DNA of 62,374 nt, counting the filler, from Chiloscyllium plagiosum (lineage: Eukaryota): NCBI RefSeq assembly GCF_004010195.1. It is 4 parts of one record of this genome, joined end to end, with 100 filler letters (N's around TTAATTAATTAA, not from the genome) between each part and the next. Parts side by side here need not be neighbours in the genome. Positions count along the whole stretch, not along the records: positions 22,128 to 44,289 come from NC_057710.1; positions 44,390 to 55,810 come from NC_057710.1; 2 more parts are not named here. One strand, given 5' to 3'. Below, one piece after another: positions 38,951 through 51,563 of this stretch. Under the pieces are notes generated by a model, which searched no databases, had not been told where the DNA came from, and saw only the letters and a list, made by a program, of their open reading frames with translations. How positions within the stretch are numbered: the stretch's first letter is position 1; every line of letters starts with the position of its first letter. The translations under genes and the position numbers were made by a program.

Positions 38951-39746
38951 AGTGTTAAAGGATCTGTCAATATCCCTTTAACATTCTATTTCAAGAACAT
39001 AAGAACATGCAGCAGGAGTAAACAATTCAACCCCATGAATTTGGTCAACCATTTAATACGATCATGGATGATTATCTTGGTCTCAGCTCCTGCCTGTTCC
39101 CCATAACCTTTTTCCCATTTCTAATTTAAAATCTATCTATCTCCTCCTTAAAGTTATTCAGTGTCCTGGCATCCAACACAATCTAAGGCAGTGAATTTCA
39201 TAGTTTCATCATCCTCTGAGGTTAGTAATTCCTCCTCTGACAATGTGGAAAATTGGCCAGGTATATCCTGTACACAAAAAGCAGAACAAATTTAATAATT
39301 TAATCTCACTAACTACTCCCTCATTAACCTATTGTCAATCATCAGTAAAGTGATGGAAGGGTTATCAATAGTGCTTTCAAGCAGTACTTAATCCATTTTA
39401 TATCTGCTTGGTTAACTTCGAAAAATACAGCATAGAAATACTTTGGCCCACCATATCTATGACAACCAATTTAAGATTGAAATTCTGACCTTGAATGTGG
39501 CCCACTTACATGCATGCAAAGATATGTATATTAACACACTAGGCCATGCTCTTTGCTGACAGAAAGAAAATGTACATGCACTTTGCCTGTGTCAAACAGC
39601 AAAGTATGTGACAGCCATTTGCTGGTTCATTTCTCAGGCAATACCCTGACCAATCAAAGTCAGCCTGCCAGGTTTAAAATTAAACAAAGCTTGAGTCTTA
39701 AATCTCTAATGTGTGCTTTCATTATGGCAATGCCTCCAACAATCAG

Positions 39747-39902
39747 TTAAAAATCACACAACATCAGGTCATCAGGTGAAGGAGCGGTGCTCCGAAAACT
39801 AGTGTGCTTCCAATTAAACCTGTTGGACTATAACCTGATGTTGTGTGATTTTTAACTTTGTACACCTCAGTCCAACACCGGCATCTCCAAATCATGACGA
39901 CT
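39747..39902. mobile_element. Short fold-back Penelope insertion (third family), nested in an older pLTR-like repeat
   Basis: Arms ttaaaaatcacacaacatcagg / cctgatgttgtgtgatttttaa; TSD tccaacaatcag at 39735-39746 and 39903-39914. Confidence 0.82.
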
Positions 39903-40739
39903 TCCAACAATCAGAGTCCACTTGCCAACCGATCAGTACTTTCCTTTCATGAAGTACAAATTTTGGTTTTCCCCTTGAATTTATATTCTTGCAAAATATC
40001 CTGATAAGGGCAAGATGAAAAACTTCAGCAAAATGTATCCTTTTTCAGCAACACTAATGGTCTGTGCTAGCAAGTAGGTATTTGTAACTTCAGTGAAATA
40101 TTGGGTATCAACCTATATCCAGTTCTGATTCATTGCCTTTGGAGAGGAAAACTGAGAGAAGTTGGGATGAAGCTGATTTTGGCACTGCATCACTGTACTG
40201 TATAGATCAAACAAGTCTCATATATTCCATTTTTAATTATTTATAGTAAACCAAATAAAATCAGTCTAACTCACTTTAAAAGTGAAAATTACCAGCTACA
40301 GTTTAGCAAACAGTGGCTTCAGTTTCATTTTGTTTTAGTCTGGATACATCAGTCCTTCAAAATGTGCAACATTAACGTTCTATGTGGTAATTAACGTTCT
40401 ATGTGTCTATATTAAATTCTTGCATTCTATTATGATATTACAAATATGGGAAAAGGGAAAAATCAGGAGGCTTACAAAAACAATGGAAACAGTCCCCTTG
40501 CCAGGAGAAGTAGTCAGAGCAGATATAATAGCAAAGTTTAAGAGACATTTAGATAGATACAAGAACAGTCAGGGAATGGAGGGATACAATGGTTAACAGT
40601 AAATTGTGAGACTTTGATTTGAGGCTGCAGTAAAAAATTATTGTATTGGCCTGGTTAAAATATTCTAGCTATGTGAATATATGATGGAAACTCATTAGCT
40701 GCAATCACACCAATTTGAAAGATGTGCTTAAAGAAACAC

Positions 40740-41600
40740 AAAAGAATAAAGAAAATATAGTAGAGGAATAGGAACTTAGGTCCACCAAGACAATGCTGAC
40801 ACATGATGCGTTTCTAAACTAAAAAATCTTTTGCCGCTACATGGTCTTTATCCTGCTATTCCCTGCCTATTCATTTATCGTCAAGATGACTCTCAAACAT
40901 TACTATTGTATCAAACTCCACCACCTCGCATTCCAGGTATTTATCAAAAACTCTGTGTAAAAATCTTGCCTGTCAGATCTCCTTTAAATTTACCCCCTTT
41001 TACCTTAATTGATATTTCCACTCTGGGGAAAAGACTCTGACTATCTATTTTAACCATGTCTCTCATAATTTTGTCAACTTCTAATACCCTTCTCCTTTTG
41101 TAAACTTTGCCCCACATCCTTCATTGTTCAAGTTAAAACGAAACAAGCTTGTCCAATCTCTCGTCATAGCTTATACCCTCCAAACTAGGCAACATCTGGT
41201 AAACCATTTTTGTATATTCTCCACAGTCTACACATCCTTCTTGTAATGTGGTGACAGAACTGCACACTATATTTCAAATGTGGCATAATTAATGTTGTAT
41301 AGAGGTACAACATAACTTGCCAAATTCTATACGGTATGTCCAACTGATTAAGACAAGTATGCCATCAGCCTTCTTAAAAATCACACAACACCAGTTTATA
41401 GTCCAACCAGTTTAATTGGAAGCAAACCCTGTTGGACTATAACCTGGTGTTGTGTGATTTTTAACTTTGTACACCCCAGTCCAACATCAGCATCTCCAAA
41501 TCATGAGCCTTCTTGACCACCTTATGCACTTGTGTTGTCATTTTCAGGGAACTGTTGACCCAAACACCTGCACCCCTCTGTATGTTGTTACTACAAAGAT
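40740..41600 (-). mobile_element. Old CR1 3' part
   Basis: Reverse of the EY.VQF..PHYKKD region and the 3' UTR. Confidence 0.75.
41376..41505. mobile_element. Short fold-back Penelope insertion (third family)
   Basis: Inverted arms; TSD agccttctt at 41367-41375 and 41506-41514. Confidence 0.8.
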
Positions 41601-42097
41601 TAGATTTATATTTTAGATTTTATTATCCCGTGTACTCAAGTACAGAAGTACAGGAGTACAGTGAAAAGTGTGTAATGTCACCACACATGGCAGCATCCTA
41701 AGTACCAAAGTACCTAGGTACAAAAAAGGCTTAGGTACAAGATAGTAAAAGAAGCAGGGATTAAAACGTTAAGCATTATTTCACAGAATAGTAGAAAAAT
41801 AAATAAATAGGTAATAGTTTACATTAAAGTCTTTCGTAGTTTAAACCAGAAAATTAAAGGAATAAGTTAAAAGTTCAACAGTCTTTAATGAGTCCTCCGC
41901 CTATCCCGCTCTGCTGTCTGTCTTGACACCGATTCTGCAGATACTGTTACTGCTGCTGAAACTGCTGCATCTCTCATCTCCCCCAGGGCCTCAGGAACAT
42001 GCCTGGGCAGGATCCAATTGCACACCAAGGCAAGATACCACCATAAGCCACCAAGAGACCTAGCTGAGACTCACCACGAACCGCCAAGACCTGGCTG

Positions 42098-42696
42098 TGT
42101 AACGATGCTGTCACTTTTTAAAGGTTATTTTATCCTTGGGTTTTTTGAAAAGATGATATAAAGGCAGAAAACGGATATAAAAGCTGAGGTGATAAAGAGT
42201 CTAGTTTAACACTGGGGAGGGGGTGGGTTGTTGGCCAGTTCTCCCAGTTCAGGTTTTCTCTCATTTGTTTTAGCTGTAGCAGTCACAAGATGTGAGAGTC
42301 CAGGAGAGTTACAAGCTTCAGTAAAGAATACTTCTGACTTTCTCTGAAATCTCTCTCAGTTGTTCCTTCCTGCCTGTAAAAATCCGTGTTTGAATGTACC
42401 TTTTTGCGAAGGGGTGTGTTTATGGAATGTTACTGTATTGGAACAGTTAATTAGTAATAGTTACTGTATCTGGTCCACTAAGTTTTCCACCAGTTAAGTT
42501 ATTCTAAATTCTGCTTTCTTTTATTCATGCTTCAACTGTAGTGTTTAAATAAATTGTTTTGCTTAAAACCAAGTGGTTTGACCAGTTACATCATACCTAG
42601 AACACCCACTTCACAACTGCCTTTAAAATAAGAAAATGTTAGGATCTGGGCTACTTTCTTAAAATATTTTGAGGGGGTCTGGCCTGGTCCACAACA
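42098..42696 (+). mobile_element. Gypsy 5' LTR
   Basis: TGTAAC...ACAACA ends, AATAAA near 42548, followed by a degenerate tRNA-Pro-type PBS gggggctcttgtcagga. Confidence 0.72.
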
Positions 42697-42859
42697 GACA
42701 GGGGGCTCTTGTCAGGACAATCTATTTTTCCAATATGAGCTTAGGATTGTTAAACTGAAAGGTGGCGAGTGGTAGGTATTAGAGTCTTGTACTCTGGATG
42801 TAGAATTTGGTTGGTTTAAACAGTGCTTCATGTAGTAATGGCTCTTGTGCCAATTGTAG

Positions 42860-44034
42860 AGGAGTACGTCTATAAAGTCAATGCAGTTACAGAGTCTGAT
42901 TCACATCCGATTCCACCTTTGGAAGACTGCATTGAGAAGGTGGGACATGCAACTTATATTTCTAAGTTGGATTTATTCAGAGGATACTGGCAGGTATCTT
43001 TATGCAAAACAGCAAAGCAATTTCACCTTCCATAACTCCGAATGGACTATACCAATATAAAGTCATACCATTTGGTATGAAAAATACGCGAGCCACATTT
43101 CAAAGACTAACCAATAAAGTCATTTCTAGATTACCCAATTGTGTGGGAGACATCAACAACTGGGTGATTTTTAGCCTCACATGGAAGGAACGCTTGCAGC
43201 ATTTATTGGAATTATTTGATTGACTTCAGGAGGTGATAAACCTGGCTAAGTGTGAATTTACCAAGACCAAGTCATGTTCCCGGGCCATGTTATCGGCCCC
43301 ACGGAATGTGAACACAAAGACTATTGGGGAGTTTCCCATACCATCAACAAAGACAGCAGTACAGGTCGTTCTGCTATCACGTGACAGTTGTGTTTCTCTG
43401 CAACCTCACGCTATAGAAAACTGCGCCATGGAAAACCGCTATAGAAAATCACGCTGTAGAAGATCGCTAACAGAGAATCGTTATACCTATTCAGTAGAAA
43501 GTTCACATTATCCAAACAACGTCCACAATTCATCAATCGTGTTATAGAAAATTCGAGCTGACCAAACGCATATTATAGCAGAACAACCTGTACTACGATT
43601 CTTGGAATTGATTGAGTTTTTTCAGAAATTTGTGCCAAATTTTGCCAGTGTGGTTGCTCCACCCACTGACTTATTGAAGATGTGCAAAATTAAAGATGTG
43701 CAAAAGATTTCAGTGGACGGAGGAATGTTAGAAGGCATTTCACAGCCTGTAAGCTGTGTTAACCACTGTCCCAGTATTAGACACACCTAATTATGCAAAG
43801 CCATTCATGGTGGCTATCAAAGTGGGTTGGCAGCGCTGTACTCTTACAAGAAGATGATGAATAGGTAGAAACACCTATTGGATATTTCTCCCTGAAACTG
43901 AGTATTCATCAACAGAAATATTCCACATTGCAAAGGAGACCTTGAGTTTGGTTTTGGTGTTACAACATTTATACTGCCAGTGATGTGACTAATACAATTG
44001 CATATACTGATCATAATCCATTAAAATTTTTGGA
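42860..44034 (+). mobile_element. Ty3/Gypsy pol remnant (RT-RNase H), gag and protease deleted
   Basis: KVNAVTESDSHPIP.LEDCIEKVG..ISKLDLFRGYWQV, PFGMKNTRATFQR, KFVPNFASVVAP, YTDHNPLKFL. Confidence 0.9.
43362..43590. mobile_element. Tc1/mariner (Tigger-like) MITE, 229 bp
   Basis: TIRs caggtcgttctgctat / atagcagaacaacctg; TA duplication at 43360-43361 and 43591-43592; removal restores TKTAVLRFLELIEFFQKFVPNF. Confidence 0.88.
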
Positions 44035-44289
44035 GGGGGATCCAAGATGGCGGCGACACAGCAAGTCTGAGTCTACAGTGCTCCTCCCAAGACTTGGGTA
44101 AAGTGGGTCACCCACCCCCACCACACTCACCAAATCACTCAAAATAGCTGTTTAATTTAATTAGTTGCTTAGTATTAAATTTAAACAATCTAATCTTTAG
44201 TAAAAATGACCAAAGGGAAGGGAGCCCGCAGCTCTCAGCAAGCAGGAACCCCTCCCCCACCCTCTCCAGCTGCAGCAGAGGCGTCCACA
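44035..44289 (+). mobile_element. 5' end of an L1-like LINE (5' UTR and probable ORF1 start), cut by the contig end
   Basis: Starts gggggatccaagatggcggcg (YY1-type motif) just after a tt/aaaa site; ATG at about 44206 opens MTKGKGARSSQQAGTPPPPSPAAAEAST. Confidence 0.7.
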
Positions 44290-44389
44290 NNNNNNNNNNN
44301 NNNNNNNNNNNNNNNNNNNNNNNNNNNNNNNNNTTAATTAATTAANNNNNNNNNNNNNNNNNNNNNNNNNNNNNNNNNNNNNNNNNNNN
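44290..44389. other. Artificial contig spacer
   Basis: 44 N + TTAATTAATTAA + 44 N. Confidence 0.98.
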
Positions 44390-44712
44390 TTTCCCACTTA
44401 TCTTTGCTATGTTATACTTTTTCTCTTTTAACTTTATATGTTTCTTAACTTCCCTCGTCAGCCACGGCCGCCCATGCCTCCTCCTGGGATCTTTCTTCCT
44501 TTTTGGAATGAACTGATCCTGCAGCTTCTGCATTATACACAAAAATATCCGCCATTGTTCCTCCACTGTCATCCCTGCTGAGGTATTGCACCATTGAACT
44601 TTGGCCAGCTCCTCCCTCATAGCTCCATAGTTCCTTTATTCAACAGAAATATTGTCACTTCCGATTGTACCATCTCCCTCTCAAATTGCAGATTGAAGCT
44701 TAATGTATTATG
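44390..44712 (-). mobile_element. CR1 ORF2 linker fragment
   Basis: MREELAKVQW...QDQFIPKRKK...PWLTREVKKHIKLK. Confidence 0.85.
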
Positions 44713-44779
44713 ATATTTACCTTTGACTTGATAGCCTTCCTATGACGGGATTTTTGTATGTTGTATGACATTGATGGCT

Positions 44780-45535
44780 TGATGAATTGAATTTATTGTC
44801 ACGTGTACCGAGACACAGTGAAAAGCTTTGTCTTGCGAGCAATACAGGCAGATCACAGAGTTATGTAGCATAGATAGTAAATAATAGGTAAACAGCAGCA
44901 AAAACAAAAACACAGGTACAGGCAGATGTTAAAAGTCCATTCAGTATTCTGACAACAGTAGAGTAGAAACTGTTTCGAAAGCGGTTGGTGCGTGTGTTCA
45001 GGCTTCTGTACCTTCTCCCTGATGGTAGAGGTTGTAGAAAAACATTGCGAGGGTGGGATGGATCTTTAAGAGTGCTGGCGGCCTTTCCTTGACAGCGGGC
45101 CTGGTAGATGGGTTCTATAGATGGGAGGTTGGCCTTTGTGATTGGCCGGGCTGAGTTCACCGAGTTCCCTGTAACTGTCTCTGATCTTGAATGGTACAGT
45201 TGCCATACCAGGTAGTGATACATCCAGACAGAATGCTCTCGATGGTGCACCTATAAAAGTTGACAAGGATATTTGCCATCATGCCAAATTTCCTCAGCTG
45301 CCTGAGGAGGAAGAGACATTGTTGGGCCTTTGTAATCAGTGCGTCCACATGAAGAGTCCAAGAAAGCTTGTTGTTGATGACCACTCCCAGGAGCTTGACA
45401 CTCTCCACTCGTTCCACCTCTGTGCTGTTAATGTGTAGGGGGGGCATGAGTGACAGCCTGCCGAAAGTCAGTAATGAGTCCCTTGGTTTTGCCGACATTG
45501 AGAGCTAGGTTGTTCTCAGTGCACCATTTTTCCGC
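44780..45535 (-). mobile_element. Rex1/Babar-type LINE 3' part
   Basis: WCTENNLALNVGKTK, VERVESVKLLGV, FYRCTIESILSGCITTWYG; same family as 24560-25143. Confidence 0.9.
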
Positions 45536-46359
45536 TGCTTGAGCAGTATTGATTCGGAGGAGGAAGGTTGATAGGAGGGGCTGCAGGATTCCTTTGGTTT
45601 TTGGAATGAGGATGCATTCTTGACCAATATTTGTGATGTTGAACATTATCCTGGGCGTTAGAGGTGACTTTGTTTTTTTTTCCCGAAATTAATGGCCGTT
45701 GGCTCTTTCACGTTCAGCTGAGGGAGTGGACGGGATTTTGTTTTACTCTTTCATCCAAAAGCATCCCACTCGGAGTTTCAGCCAAGGTTAGATTATATGT
45801 TTCTGGAATGGGGCTTGAACCCCCTCTCCTCAATGTTCCGACTCAGAGGTTTGTGCTTTGCCACCTCTTCCATCAGGAAATGGAGTGGCCTGTTTGGAGA
45901 CTGGTTACAGCCCAGAGGAAGGCTATTCCATCCTGGCTCTCTGTGTGATCCACTTGTGTACTCTCAAAATAAGTTTCAAGACAAGGCCCTCCCATTCAAA
46001 ATTTTAAAAAAAATAAAGTGCTGGAGAAACTCAGTCGGTCTGCCAATATCCGCACAGAGAGAGAGAGAGGAAAGCAGAGTTAATGTTTCGAGTCTCTTCA
46101 AAATTAAAATGGGTTGAAAGTTGGTGTTTTGTTTTCATGCTGTGGATAAAGGAGGAGGTGGAAAGCATGGAGTAGACCGTGAGAGTGCCCAGAGCACATG
46201 ACAAAGGGATTGTTAATGGTGGTAAAGGAGCGATGGGGATGTACAAAAGGTGTAAATGATAGTTGTGAAAAGGGGAATAAAGGGTCTGTTCTGCTGAAAG
46301 CAAAGCCAAGGAACAAACAAGTCACATTGGGATTGGGGGTGAGGTTTTAATTCATACAT

Positions 46360-46703
46360 AATAGAATGTTTACAGTGTAGAAACAGGCCATTTGGCCCAA
46401 CAAGTCCACGCCAACCCTCCGAGGAGTAACCCACCCACACCCATTCCTCTATCCTATCACATTACAGTTTCCTCTGACTAATGCACCTAACCTACACATC
46501 CCTGAACACAATTTAGCATGGCCAATTCACCTAACCTGCACATCTTTGGATTATGGGAGGAAACCAGAGCACCAGGAGGAAACCCACGCAGACACGTGGA
46601 GAATGTGCAAACTCCACACAGACAGTTGTCCGAGGCTGGAATTGAACCCAGGTCCCTGGCGCTGTGGGGCAGTAGTGCTAACCAATGAGCCACCGTGCTG
46701 TCC
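46360..46703 (-). mobile_element. HE1-type SINE
   Basis: Reverse complement of the HE1 head, body and tail. Confidence 0.88.
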
Positions 46704-48283
46704 CAATCAAAGTGGACGATATAGATGATACTCTGAAATTGTTAACCTTGAGTCCTAGAGGCTGCAAAACGCCTACATGGAAAGTGAGGTGCTGTTCCTT
46801 CAGCATTGAATTAGAATTAGCTTTGGAAGACGAAAAGTGTACAAGTTGCCACTTGTAGCGCCACCTTCGGTACAAAGGTCCCTAGCTGCAGCTCCTTCAG
46901 TTAGAGTTCTTGGGGGGGAAAAAAGAGCGAAGCAAAAGAAAATCCAGCATTGCAGAATTAGAAATAAGTTACAAAACGGGGAAAACAAATGTTTGGAACA
47001 ATAGTCTTCTGACCCAGTCCATATTGGCACCTTGCCTCCAGTCGGCACTGGGCCTTGACCCCAGACCACACCTGGCTTCATCTCAGAGTTCATTGTTGGA
47101 ACACTGCTCTGATTTCACATTAGTCCCAATCCTCAGGTTTCTGCCCACGGTGCTAGGCATGTTTTCTCTTCGGAGAATTCTCGAATACCTCTCGTGGTTG
47201 AATTGTCCCCCTCCATGCTCTCTGGCAGTGCGTACTGAATAGTCCCTGGACAAGAAGCTTTCTCTCTGGTGGGGGGGATGGGGGTGGGGGGTGGGTGGGG
47301 GAGCCCTGGTTTTCCAGTGAGCTGTAACTCAGGATGCACCAAGTGGAATTAAATAGTTCATTTTAACCCAGTGTCTGCTCGACATTATAAAGGTACAGGG
47401 ACAAATGGATCAGCGAGCGATAACCACATCCTGTGAATGAATAGGAAAAATCAATGAGCAGTACAGTACTAATGGGGACAATGTCCCTCTTTGCTGAAGG
47501 TGACCTGGTTGTTACACTGCACAATCCCTTTCAGGGACCTCTCCGGTTGGGACGAAGGGAATATCGAGTGGAAAATTCCGAATTGTTGCGTGGCATCTTG
47601 ACCAGGAAGTAGCAAGTCTCCCTAAATTCCTGCAAATAAATCAAGGGTTGTGCAAGAGAAACAACTTTTTTAATCCAGTGAGTGCTTAAGGTCTGGAATG
47701 CACCCCCTGGAAATATTCAGTGGAGGCATTGGATAGTGTGTTCTGGAAGGCAATGGCATGCTGGGAAATGCAGGAGATTGGCACGAGGTAATAGAAGCAG
47801 ACTAGGTAATATAGCCAAGGGGGCGCAATGGGCTGATCTCCACGCCATAATACTTATGTGACCAACTGAGTATTTCATAAAAAAACAAAAGAACTACGGG
47901 TGCTGAAAATCAGAAACAAAAACAGAAATTGCTGGAAAAGCTCAACAGGTCTAGCAGCGTCGGTGAAGTGAAATCAGAGTTAAGGTTTCGGGTCAAGTCA
48001 CCCTCAGAGCTGTTCTGTGTCAGTATTTTACACATTCGTCATAGCAGTTGAGGATGGGCAATGAACACTGGCCTAGCCCATATACCCTGAGTGTAAACAA
48101 AATTCGCCAAACGTCGACATCTATCAATGGAGAAGGTAGGTGGTGCCTGGCTGTTTCCCATCTTTTACTGATGAATGGGTCTTGATTTCCAACTCTGACT
48201 GCGGAAGGGGTATACTCCGTTTGGAGACCAGTTTCTGGATAATTGATCCTGTAACATGTAGTCCCAGTGTAGATTTCCGAGTG

Positions 48284-48435
48284 AGAAAGTGTGGTGCTGG
48301 AAAAGCACAGCTGGTCAGGCAGTATCCGAGGAGGAGAGTTGATGTTTCAAGCATAAGCTCTTCATCAGGAATATGCTTTTCCAGCACCACACTCTCGACT
48401 CTGATCTCCAGCATCTGCACTGCTCACTTTCTCTG
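48284..48435. mobile_element. Short fold-back Penelope insertion with hammerhead-like core
   Basis: TSD tttccgagtg at 48274-48283 and 48439-48448; minus strand CUGAUGA-AGAGC(UUAU)GCUU-GAAA-CAUC at 48341-48368. Confidence 0.78.
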
Positions 48436-48665
48436 AGGTTTCCGAGTGGCGCAGTAGGATAGTGTTTGCAGTTAACAGTCAGAAGGTTGTGGGGTCAATC
48501 CCCACTGCAGGACCTTTTGGATGCGTAGTGTTGTGGAAAGAGCTGAAGTTTGTGTCTTTCTCGCAGCTCTAATGCGGATCAGCCATGATCATATTGAATG
48601 GCTGGAGGGGCTGAGCGGCCTCCTTTTCTCCCTGTGTTCTGAATGTATTTTGCTCTTGTTTGCAG

Positions 48666-48770
48666 ATGATGCTGCCTGTAACCAGTAGCAATGACCTCTT
48701 TAACCAGCCTCCTCCACTCTTCCCCACTCTCAAGGCTTACACCATTCAGCCATTCCTTCAGGAGAATAAG
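48666..48770 (+). CDS. OGA-like: O-GlcNAcase-like exon (end of stalk, start of pseudo-HAT domain)
   Basis: tttgcag|MMLPVTSSNDLFNQPPPLFPTLKAYTIQPFLQENK|gtaggt; resembles the OGA segment LLPIDGANDLFFQPPP..KVYTIRPY; phase 0-0. Confidence 0.92.
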
Positions 48771-48801
48771 GTAGGTACCATCGACTCGGAATCAGAGATT
48801 G

Positions 48802-49030
48802 TGGGAGTGTTTGATGGGGACAGTGTAGAGGGAGCTTTACTCTGTATCTAACCCCATGCTGTCCCTGTCCTGGGAGGATTTGATGGGGGCAGTGTAGAGG
48901 GAGTTTTACATTATATCTAACCCCATGCTGTCCCTGTCCTGGGAGTGTTTGATGGGGACAGTGTTGAGGGAGTTTTACACTATACCTAACCCCATGCTGT
49001 CCCTGTCCTGGGAGTGCTTGATAAGGACAT
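48802..49030. repeat. 69-bp tandem repeat, about 3.3 copies
   Basis: Unit tgggagtgtttgatggggacagtgtagagggagctttactctgtatctaaccccatgctgtccctgtcc starting at 48802, 48871, 48940 and 49009. Confidence 0.92.
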
Positions 49031-49169
49031 TTACTCAAAACATGGCCGCTTAACTATTCTGGAGCTCCCTCATGGCGGTGTGCCTTCTGCTGCCTGGAGC
49101 CAAAGGTCTTGGGATTCGTTTCTTGAATTGCTTTGCAATTTCTCTTGATCTCTCTATATATTTGTGTTG

Positions 49170-50790
49170 AACTGAGAAATAAGAAAGGGATGATCACCTG
49201 ATTGGGATTGTATTGTAGACCCCCCAATAGTCAGAGGGAAATTGAGAAATTGGTAAACCCCAGGACCTGATCAGGTCTACCCTAGATCTCTGTGGGAAGC
49301 TAGAGAAGTGATTGCTGGGCCTCTTGCTGAGATATTTGTATCATCGATAATCACAGGGGAGGTGCCGGAAGATTGGAGGTTGGCAAACGTGATGCCACTG
49401 TTTAAGAAGGGCGGTAAAGACAAGCCAGGGAACTATAGAACGGTGAGCCTGACCTCGGTGGTGGGCAAGTTGTTGGAGGGAATCCTGAGGGACAGGATGT
49501 ACATGTATTTGGAAAGGCAAAGACTGATTAGGGATAGTCAACATGTCTTTGTGCATGGAAAATCATGTCTCATAAACTTGATTGAGCTTTTTGAAGATGT
49601 AACAAAGAGGATTGATGAGGTCAGAGTGGTAGACATGATCTATATGGACTTCAGTAAGACGTTCAACAATGTTCCCCATGGAAGACTGGTTAGCAAGGTT
49701 AGATCTCATGGAATACAGGGAGAACTAGCCATTTGAATACAGAACTGGCTCAAAGGTAGAAGACAGAGGGTGGTGGTGGAGAGTTGTTTTTCAGACTGGA
49801 GGCCTGTGACCAGTGGAGTGCCACAAGGATCGGTCTGGGTCCACTACTTTTCAACATTTATATAAATGATTTGGATGTGAATATAGGAGGTATACTTAGT
49901 AAGTTTGCAGATGACACCAAAATTGGAGGTGTAGTGGACAGCGAAGAAGGTTATTTCCAATTACAATGGGATCTTGACCAAATGGGCCAATGGGCTGAGA
50001 AGTGGCAGATGGAGTTTAATTCAGATAAATGCGAGGTGCTGCATTTTGGGAAAGCAGATCTTAGCAGGACTTATACATTTAATGGTAAGGTCCTAGGGAG
50101 TGTTGCTGAACAAAGAGACCTTGGAGTGCAGGTTCATAGCTCCTTGAAAATGGAGTCGCAGGTAGATAGGATAGTGAAGAAGGCATTTGGTATGCTTTCT
50201 TTTATTGGTCAGAGTATTGAGTACAGTAGTTGGGAGGTCATGTTGCGGGTGTACTGGACATTGGTTAGGCCACTGTTGGAATATTGCGTGCAATTCTGGT
50301 CTCCTTCATATCGGAAAGATGTTGTGAAACTTCAAAGGGTTCAGAAAAGATTTACAAATATGTTGCCAGGGTTGGAGGATTTGAGCTATAGGGAGAGGCT
50401 GAACAGGCTGGGGCTGTTTTCCCTGGAGCGTCGGAGGCTGAGGGGTGACCTTCTAGAGGTTTATAAAATCATGAGGGGCATGGATAGGATAAATAGACAA
50501 AGTCTTTTCCCTGGGGTCGGGGAGTCCAGAACTAGAGGGCATAGGTTTAGGGTGAGAGGGGAAAGTTATAAAAGAGACCTAAGGGGAAACGCAGAGTGTG
50601 GTACATGTTCGGAATGAGCTGCCGGAGGAAGTGGTGGAGGCTGGTACAATTGCAACATTTAAGAGGCATTTGGATGGGTATATGAATAGGAAGGGTTTGG
50701 AGGGATATGGGTCGGGTGCTGGCAGGTGGGACTAGTTTGGGTTGGGAAGGGTCTGTTTCCATGCTGTACATCTCTATGACTCTATGACTT
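49170..50790 (+). mobile_element. Young CR1 (HER1-like) RT and 3' end inside an OGA-like intron
   Basis: Long RT ORFs 49308-49736 and 49784-50617 (SKFADDTK); tail ctctatgactctatgact. Confidence 0.95.
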
Positions 50791-50969
50791 TATGCTGTCA
50801 AGATGCTCCAGACTGTGTACTGTCCACACGTCGCCAAGTGTGAACTCTTTGCAAGAGATAACTGTGAAGAGCACTTGTGATGTTTTACTCTGTCAGGCGC
50901 ACAGTTGAAATGCACATTGTCAGTGAGGATGGTGTGTTATAAAAGTTGGAGTCTGTCTTCCCGTTACAG

Positions 50970-51061
50970 AAAGCTTTGTACAACATGTGCAGGGAGCTCC
51001 ACAGTGTCAAGTTCCTGGAGAAGGATCAAGCTAATGTCTATCCTGATCTCATTGGAGACAG
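50970..51061 (+). CDS. OGA-like: O-GlcNAcase-like exon
   Basis: ttacag|KALYNMCRELHSVKFLEKDQANVYPDLIGD(R)|gtgagg; resembles OGA VYKICREM...PDLIGDK; phase 0-2. Confidence 0.9.
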
Positions 51062-51484
51062 GTGAGGTAATAACTTTCCAGCAGCCATTTCCAAAGGATT
51101 GTGCAGTTTATGTAAAATCTACAGTCTTTATAAAATATCCTCAGAAATTTGTTATCAATGTGAGGTCCCAGATGAATATCAGTCATTAGCATAAAATTCC
51201 AAATAATGTGTAATTTGAAGATCCCGAGTGGAATTGTCCCATTTGAGGAATGTTGGGTGTAGCGTTGCCCACTCCCAATGATGTCCAACTCCTGTATCAT
51301 CTTCGTATACGTGGCCAGTTAGCAGACTGCCTCTGGGACCTCTGGCCAAGGAGGAGCAGCTGTCAGGAAGCCCATTCAGGGTCTCCCCACCCAACCTCTC
51401 ATGAGGTTGTAGAAGCTCATAATCCAATGGGAGAGTAGGACTGCTGCTGTGGGTGGGATCTCATGGAGAGATCCCGAGAGGGAA

Positions 51485-51563
51485 TCTCTGTTTCTGTCTC
51501 TTTCTCTGTCTCTCTGTCTGTCTCCCTCTCTCTGTCTGTCCGTCTATCACTCTCTCTCTCTCT
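51485..51563. repeat. CT-rich microsatellite
   Basis: (TCTG/TC)n low-complexity tract. Confidence 0.8.

Noticed and set aside
45698..45786. Upstream OGA-like exon ending in EFQ
   Set aside because: gagtttcag is not followed by GT, the EPW.FRGGL motif is absent, and the region looks like an old SINE
48802..49030. CRISPR-like array
   Set aside because: Head-to-tail units with no unique spacers, no cas genes, and a vertebrate context
49784..50617. Longest ORF (277 aa) as a host gene or novel RT system
   Set aside because: Ordinary CR1 ORF2 fragment with many paralogous copies in the window
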